A DNA stretch of 63,353 nucleotides, filler included, from Intoshia linei (Eukaryota > Animalia > Orthonectida): the NCBI GenBank assembly GCA_001642005.1. It is 10 parts of 10 records of this genome, joined end to end, with 100 filler letters (N's around TTAATTAATTAA, not from the genome) between each part and the next. Parts side by side here need not be neighbours in the genome. Positions count along the whole stretch, not along the records: positions 10,701 to 27,131 come from LWCA01000874.1; positions 27,232 to 35,408 come from LWCA01001474.1; 8 more parts are not named here. The stretch is one strand, 5' to 3'. Shown one piece after another: positions 13,873-28,268 of the stretch. Every line of letters starts with the position of its first letter. Within the stretch, counting starts at the first letter, position 1. The notes below the pieces were generated by a model, which saw only the letters and a program-made list of their open reading frames with translations, was not told the origin of the DNA and made no database searches. Both the position numbers and the translations under genes were made by a program.

Positions 13873-15685
13873 AACAACAATAATTCGAAGATTCTTAAAC
13901 CAAGATATATTTAAACGTGAATCAGCTGACGATTATAATAATATGCAGTCAAGCACAACAAAATTTCATAAATATTGTAATCAAAACTCATCAAAAAAAA
14001 GTATAAATTCACTAAAACCAAATGAATTAACGAATAAACTGATAAAAGTGAATGTGGAATATAAAAAAGGTAAACACATGTTGATTGATCAGCTGAATAA
14101 CACGATGAATGCCAGCATACTAAATCAACTGCTTTCATTGGAAAATGAATTATACAATTATGTTGATAATTTTATAAATGGCAGAGTCTTGAATATGGAA
14201 AAAAAGGACGAAACAAACATTAATAGCAAACAAAGTATTCAAGATCTCAGTGAAGGTAGATACAGATCATCAAATGAACTATATATAGATAAGAGTAGTA
14301 TGCAAACATTCCATCGACGTTTCAGTCATGTAATATCTCACAAAATATCACCAATTTTAAAAAAAATAAACATACACAACACTGTATATAACCATTCCTT
14401 ACTTCGAAGTAAAACATCAACAAATTCTTGTATGACTGAGTGTAAATGCCACAAAATAAAAATCCAAAGTTCAGGGTCTGTGTGTTTTTTTAATAATAGA
14501 ATTTATTGCATAAATCTGATGGAAGTTGAAGACACAAAACATTTAAACTACTTAAATTTACAAATGGTTGACGCCGTAATGGTCATATTTGATTTTTTAA
14601 ACGAAGATTCCATAAATTACGCAAATTTCTGCAACTATAACATAACAAACAATAATACATTATATAACTACAATTACAATGACATTTATCCTGGAGACAA
14701 TTTGAAGATAAATGCTGCCAAATCAAAAAGAAAATTTGGACACATTTTTAATCAATTTCGATATGACACTCAAATATATGTGTCTAAGAGTACACCTAAA
14801 AGTGTACTGAAAAGAAAAATACTAAGAAAACTAAAAATATCAAAAAAAAACAACAAACTAATTTCACTAGATTTGGAAATTAACATAAAATTATCGACAG
14901 ATGTATCGGATACTGAATCTGCTATAGATTCTCCTGATTTTGGCGTTAATCGGAATTCTACAGTGTTTAAAAGGAAATCTTTTCAAAACATTATCATTAT
15001 TTGCAATAAATGTGACAAGTTTTGTCAAAATAATTTTCTTGTTCAACGAGACATTTATCATTATTTACAAAATATGACTAAATCTACCATAAAAAAGAAT
15101 GCCAAACAAACTAAAAATTGTCAATATAAAATTATTCACAAATTTTTGTATATGCGTGCTTTAGAACAAAAATCTAATTCTATTTATGAAAATTGCATCA
15201 AGTCTATGTCGGATTTTTTTAAGAATGATTATTGTGATTTTTTATTTCTCAATTCTTATTTTCAACACTTTTGTAGCCTTATAAAGCAAATTTTCCATGA
15301 GTATAGGTATAATCAAAATGCCATCAATTCGAGTATACAATTTGTACGTTTTATTATGCATTTTCATGTCATAAAGTTGAATATGGTTGAAAATTATTAT
15401 AAAATTAATTTAAATAATGTTCCGCATGATCAAAATGGCTGTGAAAATATACGGAATAAAAAATTTTCGCAAAATGATGTCTGTGAATCTAATAAATTGT
15501 CCATTTCAAATACAATTAGGAACGTTTCCAATAATTTAACACATCCTCATAGGAAGAATAACAATAATATTAATTTGAAAGATGTCATTTTTTGCTCTGC
15601 CATTGAAAATTGGAATATTTTTAACATTTTTAAAAAATGTGTCACTAATATTGTTAACCAAAAAAATCAAAGAAATTTTAAATAG
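13873..15685 (+). CDS. Divergent Ras-family small GTPase (RASL10-like) with very large insertions; main/last exon
   Basis: Ordered motifs TTIIRRFLNQDIF (post-G1), FFNNRIYCINLMEV (beta2-3), VDAVMVIFD..NEDSINY, IIIICNKCD (G4) and CSAIENWNIFNIFK (G5, with the RASL10-type NW). Splice acceptor GTTTAG at ~13872. The P-loop exon was not located. Confidence 0.7.
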
Positions 15686-15914
15686 TTGAAAATTTATTAA
15701 TAAACTTGTTTATAATCCATTTGAATACAATCACTTTAATAATTATTAACAAATTCAAATTGTAAATTCAAATTCAATACTTTCATTTTTTTTGTTTAGT
15801 TTCTTACTCCGATTCCAGAAATTCATGTGTCAGTATATGAGATTAACAGCTTCAACGTACTTGAATATTTAATACAGCTGTTCCGAACATACTTCACAGG
15901 ATACCTTCACATAA

Positions 15915-16590
15915 TCTTAACTTATATAATATGCTACGCGATTTTTGTTTGTGTGTGTGTTCAGCTTTATTTAAATAACTACTTGTCTTTAAATTTTATA
16001 AAGTCCACATATCAAGGACAGTTTTTCCGGTGGTGTTCGCAAACACAATTTCAACCTCTCAAATTCACATCTTACGGGTCAAAAATCCCAATTGTCCTTT
16101 TTTTGAAAATCACACATTATCATAAATTTAAATCTAAAAAAATTCAGGGTTAAAACCACAAATTACCCATCTTTTTTTAATGAAAACAGCCTTAAAATTT
16201 TAAAAAATTTACAGGTGGTACAGTTGTATTCTGTTTACACATTAATTATTCATTACATACATTTAAAAAAAATTATTCTGATAGAGCTTATTCCAGTTGA
16301 TATAAATACAAAATTTCAACTCGAGAAATCTACGCATTCCCGATGAAAAATAATTTTTAATATATTATTAATTAATATTTTTCAAATATTTCGATTAAAA
16401 TAAAAATAGAAAATGTAAATATTGATCCTACAATTTTAAAAATAAAATGTGCATTGAATGTCTACACATTTCCCATAAAGGAATACAAGTGAAAATCTAA
16501 ATAATTCATTCCTTCGCAATTTTTTGAAAAATGACAAAATAGGTTTTTATAATTTTATTTTTTTTTGGAATTTATGCTTTTTATGATACC
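15915..16590 (+). mobile_element. Helitron family copy, 5' portion
   Basis: Collinear similarity to 11224-12330 with internal deletions and the same TC 5' end. The ORF 15827-16153 is incidental. Confidence 0.8.
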
Positions 16591-18029
16591 CCTGGGTGTC
16601 CCAGTACCCAATTTGGGAACCGTTGATTTATTACGACATTTAACTGACATAATGAAATAAAATAAATATATCTTGAAACCCGACTTCTGAAATGTGTATT
16701 TTTATATATATGGTATCAAAATGTTTTATTGGTTACAATATTAATAATAATGACATATAAATTGTAAACGTGTATTTGATAAATGAGGCTGAACTGTCTA
16801 AATAGGAACATTAATATTTATGATAAATATAAAACTGATAAACACTTAAAAAAGTATACTGATTAAGTCCTTATTAACGGAATTTATAATTTAGAATAGT
16901 TATGTGTAATCTGAAAAAAATAAAAACGAACTCTAAACCAGTGATTCCCGAATACCGGTCCGTGGAAAATTATTTTGAAAATACGTCAAACAAATATAAA
17001 TGTATTATGATACTACATTTATATTACACGGTACGACACTGAAAAATGTAACATTTTAAAATACATTATAAGTATTATAAATACATATACTTATAATATA
17101 TATCATATATGTATATATCATTATAATCTTATCAGTTCAGATACCAGGTAGTTTTTTCAGATTGATTTTTCCAGATCACATTCAAAAGTTATTTAATTTA
17201 TTAAATTTAAGCTGGAATATTGTTATATTTTATTAAAATTTTATAATAACAAATAATATAAATACATATTAATGTTCTACAGAGATTCACAACAAAAAAT
17301 TTGACAAAAGTTCTACGGGGTCCTTTGGATTATGTAAATATCTTGAATTTTAAATGTTTTCAGTTTATTTCTTAGCTTTTATTTTTTAAAATTAAAATTT
17401 CTCTATGGCGATTGATCTGAATAATTAAGTGTAAAAGGTAGCTAATGAATAGACCCTTCGATATTTTTAAATTGTATTAAGTTATTTCAAAAAAACCAAT
17501 TTGAATGGTCATTTTAATGTAGTGGTCATCAATTTTAATTATTTCTGATGACAAATACACAATTGAAATTACAGAATCGAAAAACCAACGCAAAATAACG
17601 CATAAATAAACGAAATTTTTTTTTAAATCACATTTGACATTTATATTGCAATTTATATTTATTTACAGTTCCATAGAACACTTTTTCTTGATGAGAACAT
17701 ATACTTTTCCCGTATATATAATATGAGTTTAACGATCTGTAAAAATGTAATATATATCATTACATGTAAAATTATACCCACTAAAATTTAGTGGGTTGCG
17801 AGAAATTTTCATCCCTGCACTAGATCGTGTCATGTAAGATTAGTTACATCAGATTTTATGTTTTTTTATTTACATGTTAATTAATTTTAGTCAGTACCAA
17901 ACAAAATCAGCAAACCGACGTAAAATTTCTATAATTTTTTATTTGCTTGTGCGTCAAATTTTTTCAATTATGTTCGGTTGTGGGCAATGACAAACGACTG
18001 AAAAACACTGATTTATACAAAGTACATAA

Positions 18030-21000
18030 CTGACACGCCAGTTTTGAAATACCCATACAAACCCTACAGTATAATATACAATTTAAAATATAAATACTAA
18101 TATAAAATAAATTTACCAATAATTCGAAATTTAGACACAGGGTAACTCATTTGACCTTGACCACCTCTACTATATGCAAAAACGCGCAAATTATACATAA
18201 CATTGGGGGTTATTGCATTTAAAACATAACTAGTTTGTTTACGTACATCGATATCTATCGCTATTTCATAATCTGTATATTCTCTCCACATACGTATCTA
18301 ATTTAAAACAATTAAAACAATACATTATTTATATTTATTAATTAAATTATTACTGTGTATCCTTTCAAAGGTTCCTCGTCTAATTTAGTAGATACTCCCC
18401 TCCATATAACTTTCACCTTGTTAGTTGGAATCAACTGTATCATGACGTTTGTTGGTTGATATTGTGGAGCTGAATAAAAAGTTTTAAATTTTCATAATTA
18501 ATAACAAGAAATCATTATTGTTTCACCTTTACGTAAAGTTCTTTCTTCATATGTGTTACTTTTTGATGAATATCCAGCAGAATTAAAAACTTGAATATTA
18601 ACAGAGTATAGAGTGTTTGAATCCAGCCCAACGATTGTTCCATTCAATTGATTATGAACAATTAAAAATAATGCCACGTATTCATTTTCAGTTTTTGTTC
18701 TCCAATAATTTATCTTTTTATATTAAATTAAACAAAATAAAGTCCAAGGCGTTGAAAAAGTTTGAATTTTGGAAAATAATAAAATTAGTAATAGAATTGA
18801 CATGAGAAAATTTGACTTATTTTATAAAACAAAATTACCCTATATCCAATTGAATAGTTACTATTCTTGTCTTGTTGTTCTTTCGGTTCTTTCCAAAAAA
18901 CAAGAAGTGACGTTGAATTTAATTGAGTCGCCACAGTTGTTTGTGGTATTCCTGTTGGAACTATCCATACAATATCAATATAATAAAAAAAAAAGTGTGC
19001 AATTTTATTAGTACAAGTATACATATAATTTACACGTGAAAGCAAAATTATTTTTAACACTAAACAAATAAAAATGATTACAGTATTCTGAAGACATAAT
19101 TTTAAATTTTTTTGACTTGGGTCCAATACCGTGTTCATTAAAAACGGAAATAGCTACCATATAAGGTTTATACGAGTTAGTTTTACCAACAGTTACAACA
19201 TACTTTGTTGATTTTGAGTTTTCTATCCTTACCTACAAATAAAGGTAACCCTTGATGTATATTTAGCAATAACCTCATTCCATGTATCATCTTTAATATT
19301 CTCTTGTTTATAATACAATATATATTTAAATTCTCCAATTTTAGGCGGCTTAAATTTAAAACTTATAAAATTATATTTCAGTAAATACAATCCATTTTAT
19401 CACCAATGTTCCTTCTTTTCCTCCTCCTCCATAAATTAAAGGAACTACTCCTTCTGGAGAAGCTGTCGCAGTTACAATCATTTCTAAAATAAAAAAAGTG
19501 GCATGCTTTTAAAATAATAATTTAAAATCAATAAGTATAATTAACAATAAGGGTATTGGGAACTGGATGAAAATATACTCATATATAACACTTTTCAAAA
19601 TAAATTATGATTCTAATAATACTCTCATTCTGTGATTCGCAAAAGTTTTGATCTGGTGATCAGTATTTCTTCTAATATTATCACACACAAAGCTGAAACA
19701 TATTTAATTCCGTTAGTAGAATTCATTTCCAACACCCCTCGAAACAAATGTACTCGTAATGATTTTTTAGGTGTTATTTGAAGATAAAACAAGTTTAGGG
19801 GACACAAACAAAAAGTGGTAATGACCTAATCTTAGCCTTTTAGTGAGCTGAAAAAATTTCTGAAAAAATCTGAAAAAATCTGAAGTAAAACTACGAGTTG
19901 CCTTTTTTAATCAAAAAAAATTTTAAATAAAATAATATTCCGGAGATGACTCATTTTGAAAATCTAATTCTTTTATAATGCACGATACTTTTAAATATTA
20001 GATTTATTCCGATAATATAGTATTCATTTGAATTAAGTAGTTTTATATTGATTTTTCTATAAAATTTTTTTTAGGGTGGCGGCAAATTTTCCTTAATTAT
20101 ACAATTTCTTTGTAATAAAAATATATAGAAATTAAAAAATACCAGATTTTTCACAATTATTACTGGAACCTAATTTATTAACAGCATCAACCCTAAAATT
20201 GTAACTAGTGTTTGGTTCCAATTCGGTAATTAAATTTTTAAAAACATTCGTTATTGACGCAGTCACTAAAAATAAGTTAACAGTTTACAATAGTTAACAA
20301 CAATATTTTCAAAATTACCATTCTTTTTAAAGTACCATTTTATACCTCCATCAATTGTTAAATCAATAGTAAAATAATCTACGGAATATCCGCCGTCATT
20401 TCCCATACGCCACTTTATTTCTGCGACTGTTGATCCTACACCACCAATTTTGACTCCATATGGACAGAATGGTTTATCTAATTACATTTTTATATCAAAT
20501 ATTTACAGTAGTGGTTCTTAACATGGTATTATTATTCAATACACGAGTCATTATTCAATTTATTAATTATTATGATTAACTTCACGGACCCTTAAAAAAT
20601 TTCTAAATCACATCATGGACTAAATGATAAATGATATTTGGTAATGATAAATAACGAAGAAGTTAATTTGTGAGATTAAATCAAATTTTTGAATTCTCAG
20701 TAAAAATGTGTATCATCGATCAGAGCCGGACCAACCTTGATCTACGTTGTAGGTCAGTGGTTCCCAACCTTTCTTTGACGTAGACGACTCATTATTTGCT
20801 CATTGAAAAAAATGAATTTAAGATAAATTCAACTAAATTAAATTCAATAGAATAATATTTACCATAATATATTTATTAAATTTTCATATCCGTATTTAAT
20901 GGACTTATTTTGTTTAAATCGAACTGTTCCTCTATTATTTAAACTTAATTTGTTTTTTTTTTAAAAGATTTCATTATTGGCTGAGAATACTGCTTCCTGT

Positions 21001-24000
21001 CGGAAATTCAAGTATTATTGGTTTTATGATGTTATATATAATTGGGACGTCAAATAGAATAAGCTCTATCAGAATAAAATTAGCGAAATTGGGCTTTTAA
21101 AAAATCACTAAATATTAATTAAATCGATCTATGTCCGATAATAACTGACGAACAAGGATGGTCGATTTACTGATACCAGCAAATGTTTTTAAATATATAA
21201 ATGACTAATTTGTAAAATGTAAACTGAATATAATAACGCTTATGAGTCTCACAAATTTTTAATAATTAGAATTAAGTACTTGGAAAAAGGGATTTTCCTT
21301 CATTTGCAAAATTCTGGTTTTTATTTTGTGGTTGGAGTAACAGTTTTTTCTGGGAAGGTTTGGTAAAATCAAAGTTTTCAAAAAAATGTAAGAAAATATA
21401 TTTTACCCTAACTTAAGGTTTAAGGGTTGGTAAATTAAATTTTTTTTAGTTAGATTAAAAATTTTTTCTCACAAGTTTTTTTTAAATAAAAGGCTTAAAA
21501 TAATATTTTTTATTAAATATTACTAAATTTTATTAATGGTGGGATAAAATTTGGATTTTTAAAATAATAATTTAGCTGTCGTCCAGGCTTTATAATAAAA
21601 TGCCAAAATTGGCAACTCTGCATAAAAAATAAATTTTTTAATTTTGAAACACTGGCTTATATTTACCTTTAACTTGAAGATTTGTTGATGCTCTGAGAGA
21701 ATCCATAAACAAACCAAAATATGTGACACACGTATACTGGCCAGATGATCGATGTGAAACTCGATTAATTTTAAGAGTATTATCAAACCCGTGTAACTAA
21801 TACATTAAAAAAAATAAGAAAAAAAACAATAACAATTTGATAATTATAAAATAAAAAATATTACACGATCATATCGTTCGTCATTGATAATATAAAATCT
21901 GTCGTATCTGGTATAATATCTTTCAAATTCAATTTTTTTATCATAATAAAACCAATTGTAAGCTACATCCAATATGGGAGGAGTAGAAACTTGGCATTGT
22001 AAAGTTACATTATCTCCAGCATTAACAACCACATCTGAATAAGGTTTCGAAATTATGGGTTTGTCTAAACAAGTACAGTAATCAACACAAATGTATATCA
22101 ATAACTTCATCTAAATAAATTGTACAGGTTAATTCTTCGTCAACGGATTTTTGATATTTTTGATCCCAATATATACTCCATTGCGTCAAGAGAAATCATT
22201 GTACTAGGGAAGTGATGACAAGTTTTGCAGTTTCTTTTCTAGTTGCGTTACTTTTATATGATAAATAATTTTAGGTATGTATACTTTTCTATTATTACAC
22301 ATTTTTGAGTTAATTTTTCCACACCATATTAAAAATTTTATATAAGCTTTTTACCAACGTGTCGGGTATAATCCTTGAACGTGTCATATTTTTGCCATCA
22401 CTGTACTAGGGAAACATTCAAATTTTGTTAATTTTACCGTTAACTAGACATTACACTGAACAAAACATATAATAGCTTTTAAAAATACCAATTTTAATAG
22501 TTTCATAATTAACAACAAAAGATTCATAAAAATTGTTGAAAAGGCATTGATATTTTTGAGAAATAGGTAACGTCTGATTGAAATTGTTACCAATTTCAAT
22601 ATTTTTGATTACGCCGCCTACGTTATGAACATTTATTAATCCTCTTTCCATAGCAGAAATTTCACACAAATCATATATATTCTTTTTTGAACCAATTCCT
22701 TCATATCGTATATCATGGTATGTATATTTTGTTAAATCTATAAATTTAATTTAAGGAAATTAAACTGTGGGCAATTCAACTTTAGATGAAATTTATGAAT
22801 CGACTAACTACACAATCACGCTAACTTAATAACACTTAAATATTAATTTTTAATTTTTATTTTAAATTTCGTTATCAATTTTGGAGCCTGGTGATAATTG
22901 CTTTTCAAAAATAATCCTGAAAACCACCTTTTAAACTTTGACTAAAAAAATATTTTTACAAAAACCTCAGCTAATTTGTGATTAATTTTGGAGCGTGGTG
23001 ATAATTGTTCGCCAAAAAAAAATTGTAAAAACCTCATTAAACTTTGGATAAAAGAAATTTCCTAAAACCCTCTTAAATTTTGGTGAAAAAAAATTCCTAA
23101 AAACCCACCTTACCGTTTTGATAAAAATATCTTAAAAACAACTTTTAAACTTTGGCTAAAAAAATATTTTTAAAAAACCTCCGCTAATTTGTGATTAATT
23201 TTGGAGCGTGGTGATAATTGATTGCCATTTTTTAATATTGGTAATTAAATCAACATTTCAAAAAAATAAAAAATTAACATTAACCATTTAATGTCCGTAC
23301 CCAGAAGCGATACGATTTATAAAAAATATACGATGAAATTAGTTAACTAATAATTATTCATTTAGAAAAAATTTATGGATGAATTATGCTAATTATAGGT
23401 GTTCCCTCAATGGAACAATGGTAAAATGATGTACAAATAAAACTTTAGAATTGGTTAAAGTACATAATGTTACTCTATTTATTATGATATTCTTTAAATA
23501 TTTTGAAAAATAAAAAATTTACTAATTAATCGAAGTTCAGCTGATATACACACTTTACCATGAGAATTTTCTGCACATGTTCTATAAATTCCAGTATGTC
23601 TACTAGAAAAATTTTGCAATTTCATCAGACAATTTTTGTCAGTTTGAATCAACTTTGCATTGTGATACCAAGTATATATTACATCTTGACCAATCGCTTC
23701 ACATTTCCAATTAAACTGCGATCCTTCAGGTAAAAATTGATCGTTTATTTCCAGCGTAAATATCGGTTGAACTAATTATTGAATACATTTTATTTCATGG
23801 TAATATTAATTAAAACCCCATTTTTACCCAAATCTGATCAAACGAAAAATAGGCACTTAAAATTTTTTCCAAACTATGCGTGATGTCATATGGCCCTAAC
23901 TAATCATATCTCTCTAATGCTCTTGACTTTACTATGTTTTAAATTATACCGTAAAATAATTATGATAATAAAAAATCTAATTTTTTAATGCTTCATTTAA

Positions 24001-25563
24001 AAAAAAAGCCCCTATTTTCAAAATTTCGTTGAGGCCTGAAGAGGTGACTGTGGTAAGGTAGGTTCGGCATTGTTTACAGAATTAAATCCAAAAAGAAAAT
24101 GACACTTTGTATTACAATTTAATCAATTTAAATCAACCAATAAATAAAGAAAGAGAAAAAGGGGAAGACCCAAACGGAAATAAATTAAATAAGAGAAGTA
24201 CAATTTTTGAATATAAATGATTCATATTTTTAATTTCAAAGATTGTCCAAACGGATTTTCACCTTAAATCATGGAAACTGTCAATTTTTCAGTGTTATAC
24301 ATTAAAAATAATATCAAAAATTTAAAATACCATTTATGTTGACTAACACATCACCATATGTTGATCTTCCGTTAATTCTTTCGACACGACATCTATAATA
24401 CCCAGAATCGAATAGTTCAATCGAATTTATATGTAGCACTCTGTCATTATCTGTTAAACGATATCGGTTTTTCGGTAGTTCTCCATTAACTTTGGACCAG
24501 CCATATTTCAGTGGAATCCTATAAGTAAAATATTTAAAATAAAAAGATAAAATGCAAACAATACCTAAAAACAAAGTAAACGTATATACATTATGTGTTA
24601 ATTGAAACAAAATGCATACCTGCCATAAGCTATACATTCAATAATGATATCATCATTGAGTTTCGGGTTTTTGGGATAAATATTTGGAAATCCTAAGGCA
24701 ATAACTGGCTCTTTTATAAAACTGACTAAAAATTAAATATGCATAAAAAAATTAAAATTAATAATACCTGCCTTGTCCACAAAAACTTCAATGGGTCTAC
24801 TAATTTTTCCTTGGAAAACTAGTTTATCCTTTAAATTTAATTTTACAAAACAAGTGTAATTGGCTTGATCTTCTCTATTTACAGACGAAAAGAATAATTT
24901 TCCATTTTTTGATATAAATATATGGGGATTCAAATGTGGTCGAAGAAATAATCTTTTTCCATTGATTTGTTTGCTCCACATGTATGTAATTTCTAAATTT
25001 TCAATTTTTCAAAAATAATCAAAAGATTAGATAACCTGGTGAATGTTTTGGAGCATTACAAGGTACATTTAAATAATCGTGCTCTCTAACATGCAAAGGG
25101 TCTCGGATGGTTTTTGGAAAATCCAATAAATCTATTGAATAAATAATATATTGATATCTACAACACTTACAAGAAAAAAATATCCTGTAATTTTCATTAG
25201 TCGCTGAACCATATTGGTTCTTGGCGATACATCTAAATTTACCACTATCGACATCGGAGTTGGCATCATAGATTAACAGTTTATCATTTATAATTGCATA
25301 TTTATGATTATGTTTGAAAATGTTAATTTCTTCCCAATTTTCTTGTGATGGGTCCTTATAAAACCATGTATATTCTGGAGGTGGTGAAGCGTACGCTTCA
25401 CATGAAAATTCAACAAAATCATCTGTTTTTTCTTTTTCAAATCCTGAATCGCGATCACTGACAGATTTACTCACGGTTCGTTCACTATAATACACTACTA
25501 AATCATTATCCTCAATTATTGGACCAGAGCCGTATATTGAAGCAGTTATCGATATTTTGTTTT
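18030..25563 (-). CDS. Contactin-like cell adhesion molecule (Ig domains + fibronectin type III repeats), multi-exon
   Basis: Ig exons: FSCEAYASPPPEYTW..DSGKFRC, VPCNAP..DQANYTC, YGWSKVNG..DSGYYRC, an exon at ~23560-23770, and VTLQCQV..YNW. FN3 exons at ~20480-18117, ending YNLRVFAYSRGGQGQMSYP, which is typical of the last FN3 of invertebrate contactin. Many small GT-AG introns. Boundaries are approximate. Confidence 0.85.
22210..22403. mobile_element. hAT MITE in a contactin intron with an intact 8-bp TSD
   Basis: TSD TACTAGGG at 22202-22209 and 22404-22411; TIRs aAGTGATGACAA / TTGCCATCACTG. Confidence 0.85.
22870..23225. repeat. Degenerate tandem minisatellite (~33-35 bp AAAACC..TT..AAACTTTGG units) with a larger duplicated block
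   Basis: The block AATTTTGGAGC(C/G)TGGTGATAATTG occurs three times. Related units occur at ~6690-6775. Confidence 0.65.
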
Positions 25564-27231
25564 CTAAATTTAATTTTCAAATAATAAATAATTAAACATT
25601 TATTAAAATTAATATAAATATGTACTACTACAATCAATATTTAATACTTATAATTATAAATATATTATAAATACAAATATATATAATTTAAATAAAGTTA
25701 CGACTTGAAAAAATTAATAACAGGTTATAGTAACTCTTTATGTAACTCTACTGTGTAGTACCTGTAGATAAGGAAATGGCTAAATATTACCTGTTTTATT
25801 AATATGACATTTGGCGCAATTATAATTTATTTAAAGATGTTTGTTATATTTAAACTATTATAAATTCAATGGTTTTGCTAAATTTTTAAAAAATATGTAT
25901 TCACAATTTAATTAACCATTAAATTAAAGTGGTAATATATAAGTAACCAAATAATGAGAATATATTCATTTAGAATCCAAATTTTAGATAATTATAATAC
26001 TGTTTTATTACAAAATGAGAGATTTGGATGGATTCCATTAATTTTTTCGTCAAAGATCGCCATCTTACGAATGTTGAATTGAAAACAAATAATGAAAAAG
26101 ATTTATCCGAAAATACTTTGGAACTAACAGTGAAAGGCAACCCTGCAGGCAAAATTTTTCTATCAAGCAATGATTGTGAGCATTAGACACGAAAAATTAG
26201 TAATAAAATGCAATAGTATGCAGGGGATGATGACAAACATATTTTTCAGGTATTGTTTACAATACATTATTAATTGTTTACCACATATTTTATCAGATCA
26301 ATAAAAAGTTTATATTATCTATCTTCCCTGTGAAGAATTAATATTTTATATCCCTTGGTTGTTGTTTCATTGAATCATGAATATTGACTGTTTTTTGTCC
26401 TATTTTCAATTTGAAATTTAAAGCTTTATTTTAAGACTAGAAACTTGGCTCGGTTATAAATTTTAATAAAATAATTAAATAAAAACGCTGCTTCTAAAAT
26501 AAAACAATGGAAGTTTCCCAATTAGTTTTTACACTTGTAAGTAATTTAATTTAATACCAAAGAATTTAATTTTACATGATTTTCACGTTTTATATTAGTA
26601 TTTCTGAGTCTATGTTTTAAAAACGACTTTATGTTACTGAAAATGTCTATAATATGTAATAAATGTTTATAATTTTCATGTACCCCCAAAATGGTGCTGT
26701 AAACCACGTTCAGAATGGCTAATTACAACAAAGGCAATTTAATGCAATTTAAATTTATTATAATTTAAAATTAATACTTAGGGCTTAACAGAATTTCCAG
26801 AATACATTAATTAAATATCAAAGCCTAAAATCTAAACTTATGGTTAACGATTCTAATTTAATTTAATAATTTTTCTTAGACATAAGGCCCCTCAGACTCT
26901 GTAGGCCCTTTGTAAGGCAAAGCCAATTTAGAAACCATTGATATATACACTTGTGTTTTTTATTTTAATTGAAAGTCTTTTCGTTTATGGTAGTACATAT
27001 GTAAAACGTATAATTATACTTAAAGTTTTTTATAAATATAAATTGTTAATTTAAAGATAAAACTTTCTTCGTCACAAGTAATGAATAATTAATAACATAT
27101 GAAATATGATGTAAATATGAAATACATATGTNNNNNNNNNNNNNNNNNNNNNNNNNNNNNNNNNNNNNNNNNNNNTTAATTAATTAANNNNNNNNNNNNN
27201 NNNNNNNNNNNNNNNNNNNNNNNNNNNNNNN

Positions 27232-27689
27232 GGAATTTTTTTCATTGCTACTCAATTTTTAAATTTCAAATTCTCATTTTCAAAATATTTTGAATAAAAT
27301 TTAAATACAAACTGTAGAAACTAAATAACAAAACTAAAACAACTTGGTTAATATCATTTTTATATTTATTACAATTGTTTGCAAATTTGATAAAATTCGA
27401 CTAAAATATGTTTATATAGTGAAGTTTAATAAATTAAGAAATGGTACACAAAATAAAATCAAGACTTAATTTAAGTGGGAATACTTCACTTTGAGTTATA
27501 GGGTAATGTGAAATGACAGGTAAATGTGAAACACATTTGGGAACCACTCCTTTAAACGATTGATAATAGTAAATAGTAGCATTGTTAAGTAAGATTTTAT
27601 TATTGAATTTATTTTTTTGGTAGAATTAAAAAAGTCCACCCTCGCAGAGTTAGATGCTGTTTGTAAAAAGTACATACCAGTCAACCTAG
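27232..27689 (+). mobile_element. Helitron family copy, 3' portion
   Basis: Similar to ~12005-12674; ends with a hairpin-like segment and CTAG|T. Other 3' ends at ~35800-35881 and ~43287-43648; a 5' end on the minus strand at ~48575-48632. Confidence 0.75.
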
Positions 27690-27921
27690 TATTACAATAA
27701 GTTAATTTTTATTTTCAATTATTTGGTGAAATCTTTATTTTGGAAATTTATGATTTATGAATCATAAAGTGTGACTCATAGTATCAGACGAGCTGGTACC
27801 AAAAAATAAAACCCCTAGATGTCAAGTATCCAACGTAATCGCTGCTCTAACGCTACATTTACTAGAATGTATTACAATGTTCTATGAGTTTTTAGAAAAT
27901 CAATATTGTACAAAAATAAAA

Positions 27922-28268
27922 AATGGAACCTAACATTAATTAACACCAATATAAAGTCATTTATTTCTATATCATTCATTACCTATCCAGGTTCGCACCA
28001 ATCTAAAGTGAATTTAAATTGGATTTTCAATTAAGACATTACTGTCATTAATTCCAAGGGGTATTGATCCCCAATTCGATGAAACCGAAACATTTCTAGT
28101 GGATAACAGTAATGTCACTTTAGATTAAACTCTTTAACTCTAAACACTTTAAATTCACTTTAGATTGGTGCGAACCTGGATAGGTAATGAATGATATAGA
28201 AATAGGTAACTTTATATTTGTTTACATTAGTTCTGAATATATCATTCGGTGCTATGTTAGGTTCCATA
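27922..28268. repeat. Foldback element with perfect 57-bp inverted arms
   Basis: 27962-28018 is the exact reverse complement of 28148-28204; outer arms are ATGGAACCTAACAT / ATGTTAGGTTCCAT. Confidence 0.9.

Noticed and set aside
22120-22440. hAT MITE appearing to interrupt a contactin exon
   Set aside because: Removing the MITE still leaves stops in the phase-compatible frame, and the flanking exons splice in phase around it, so it is intronic.
22870-23225. Regularly spaced repeats resembling a CRISPR array
   Set aside because: Degenerate tandem units with no unique spacers, inside a eukaryotic intron, and no cas genes.
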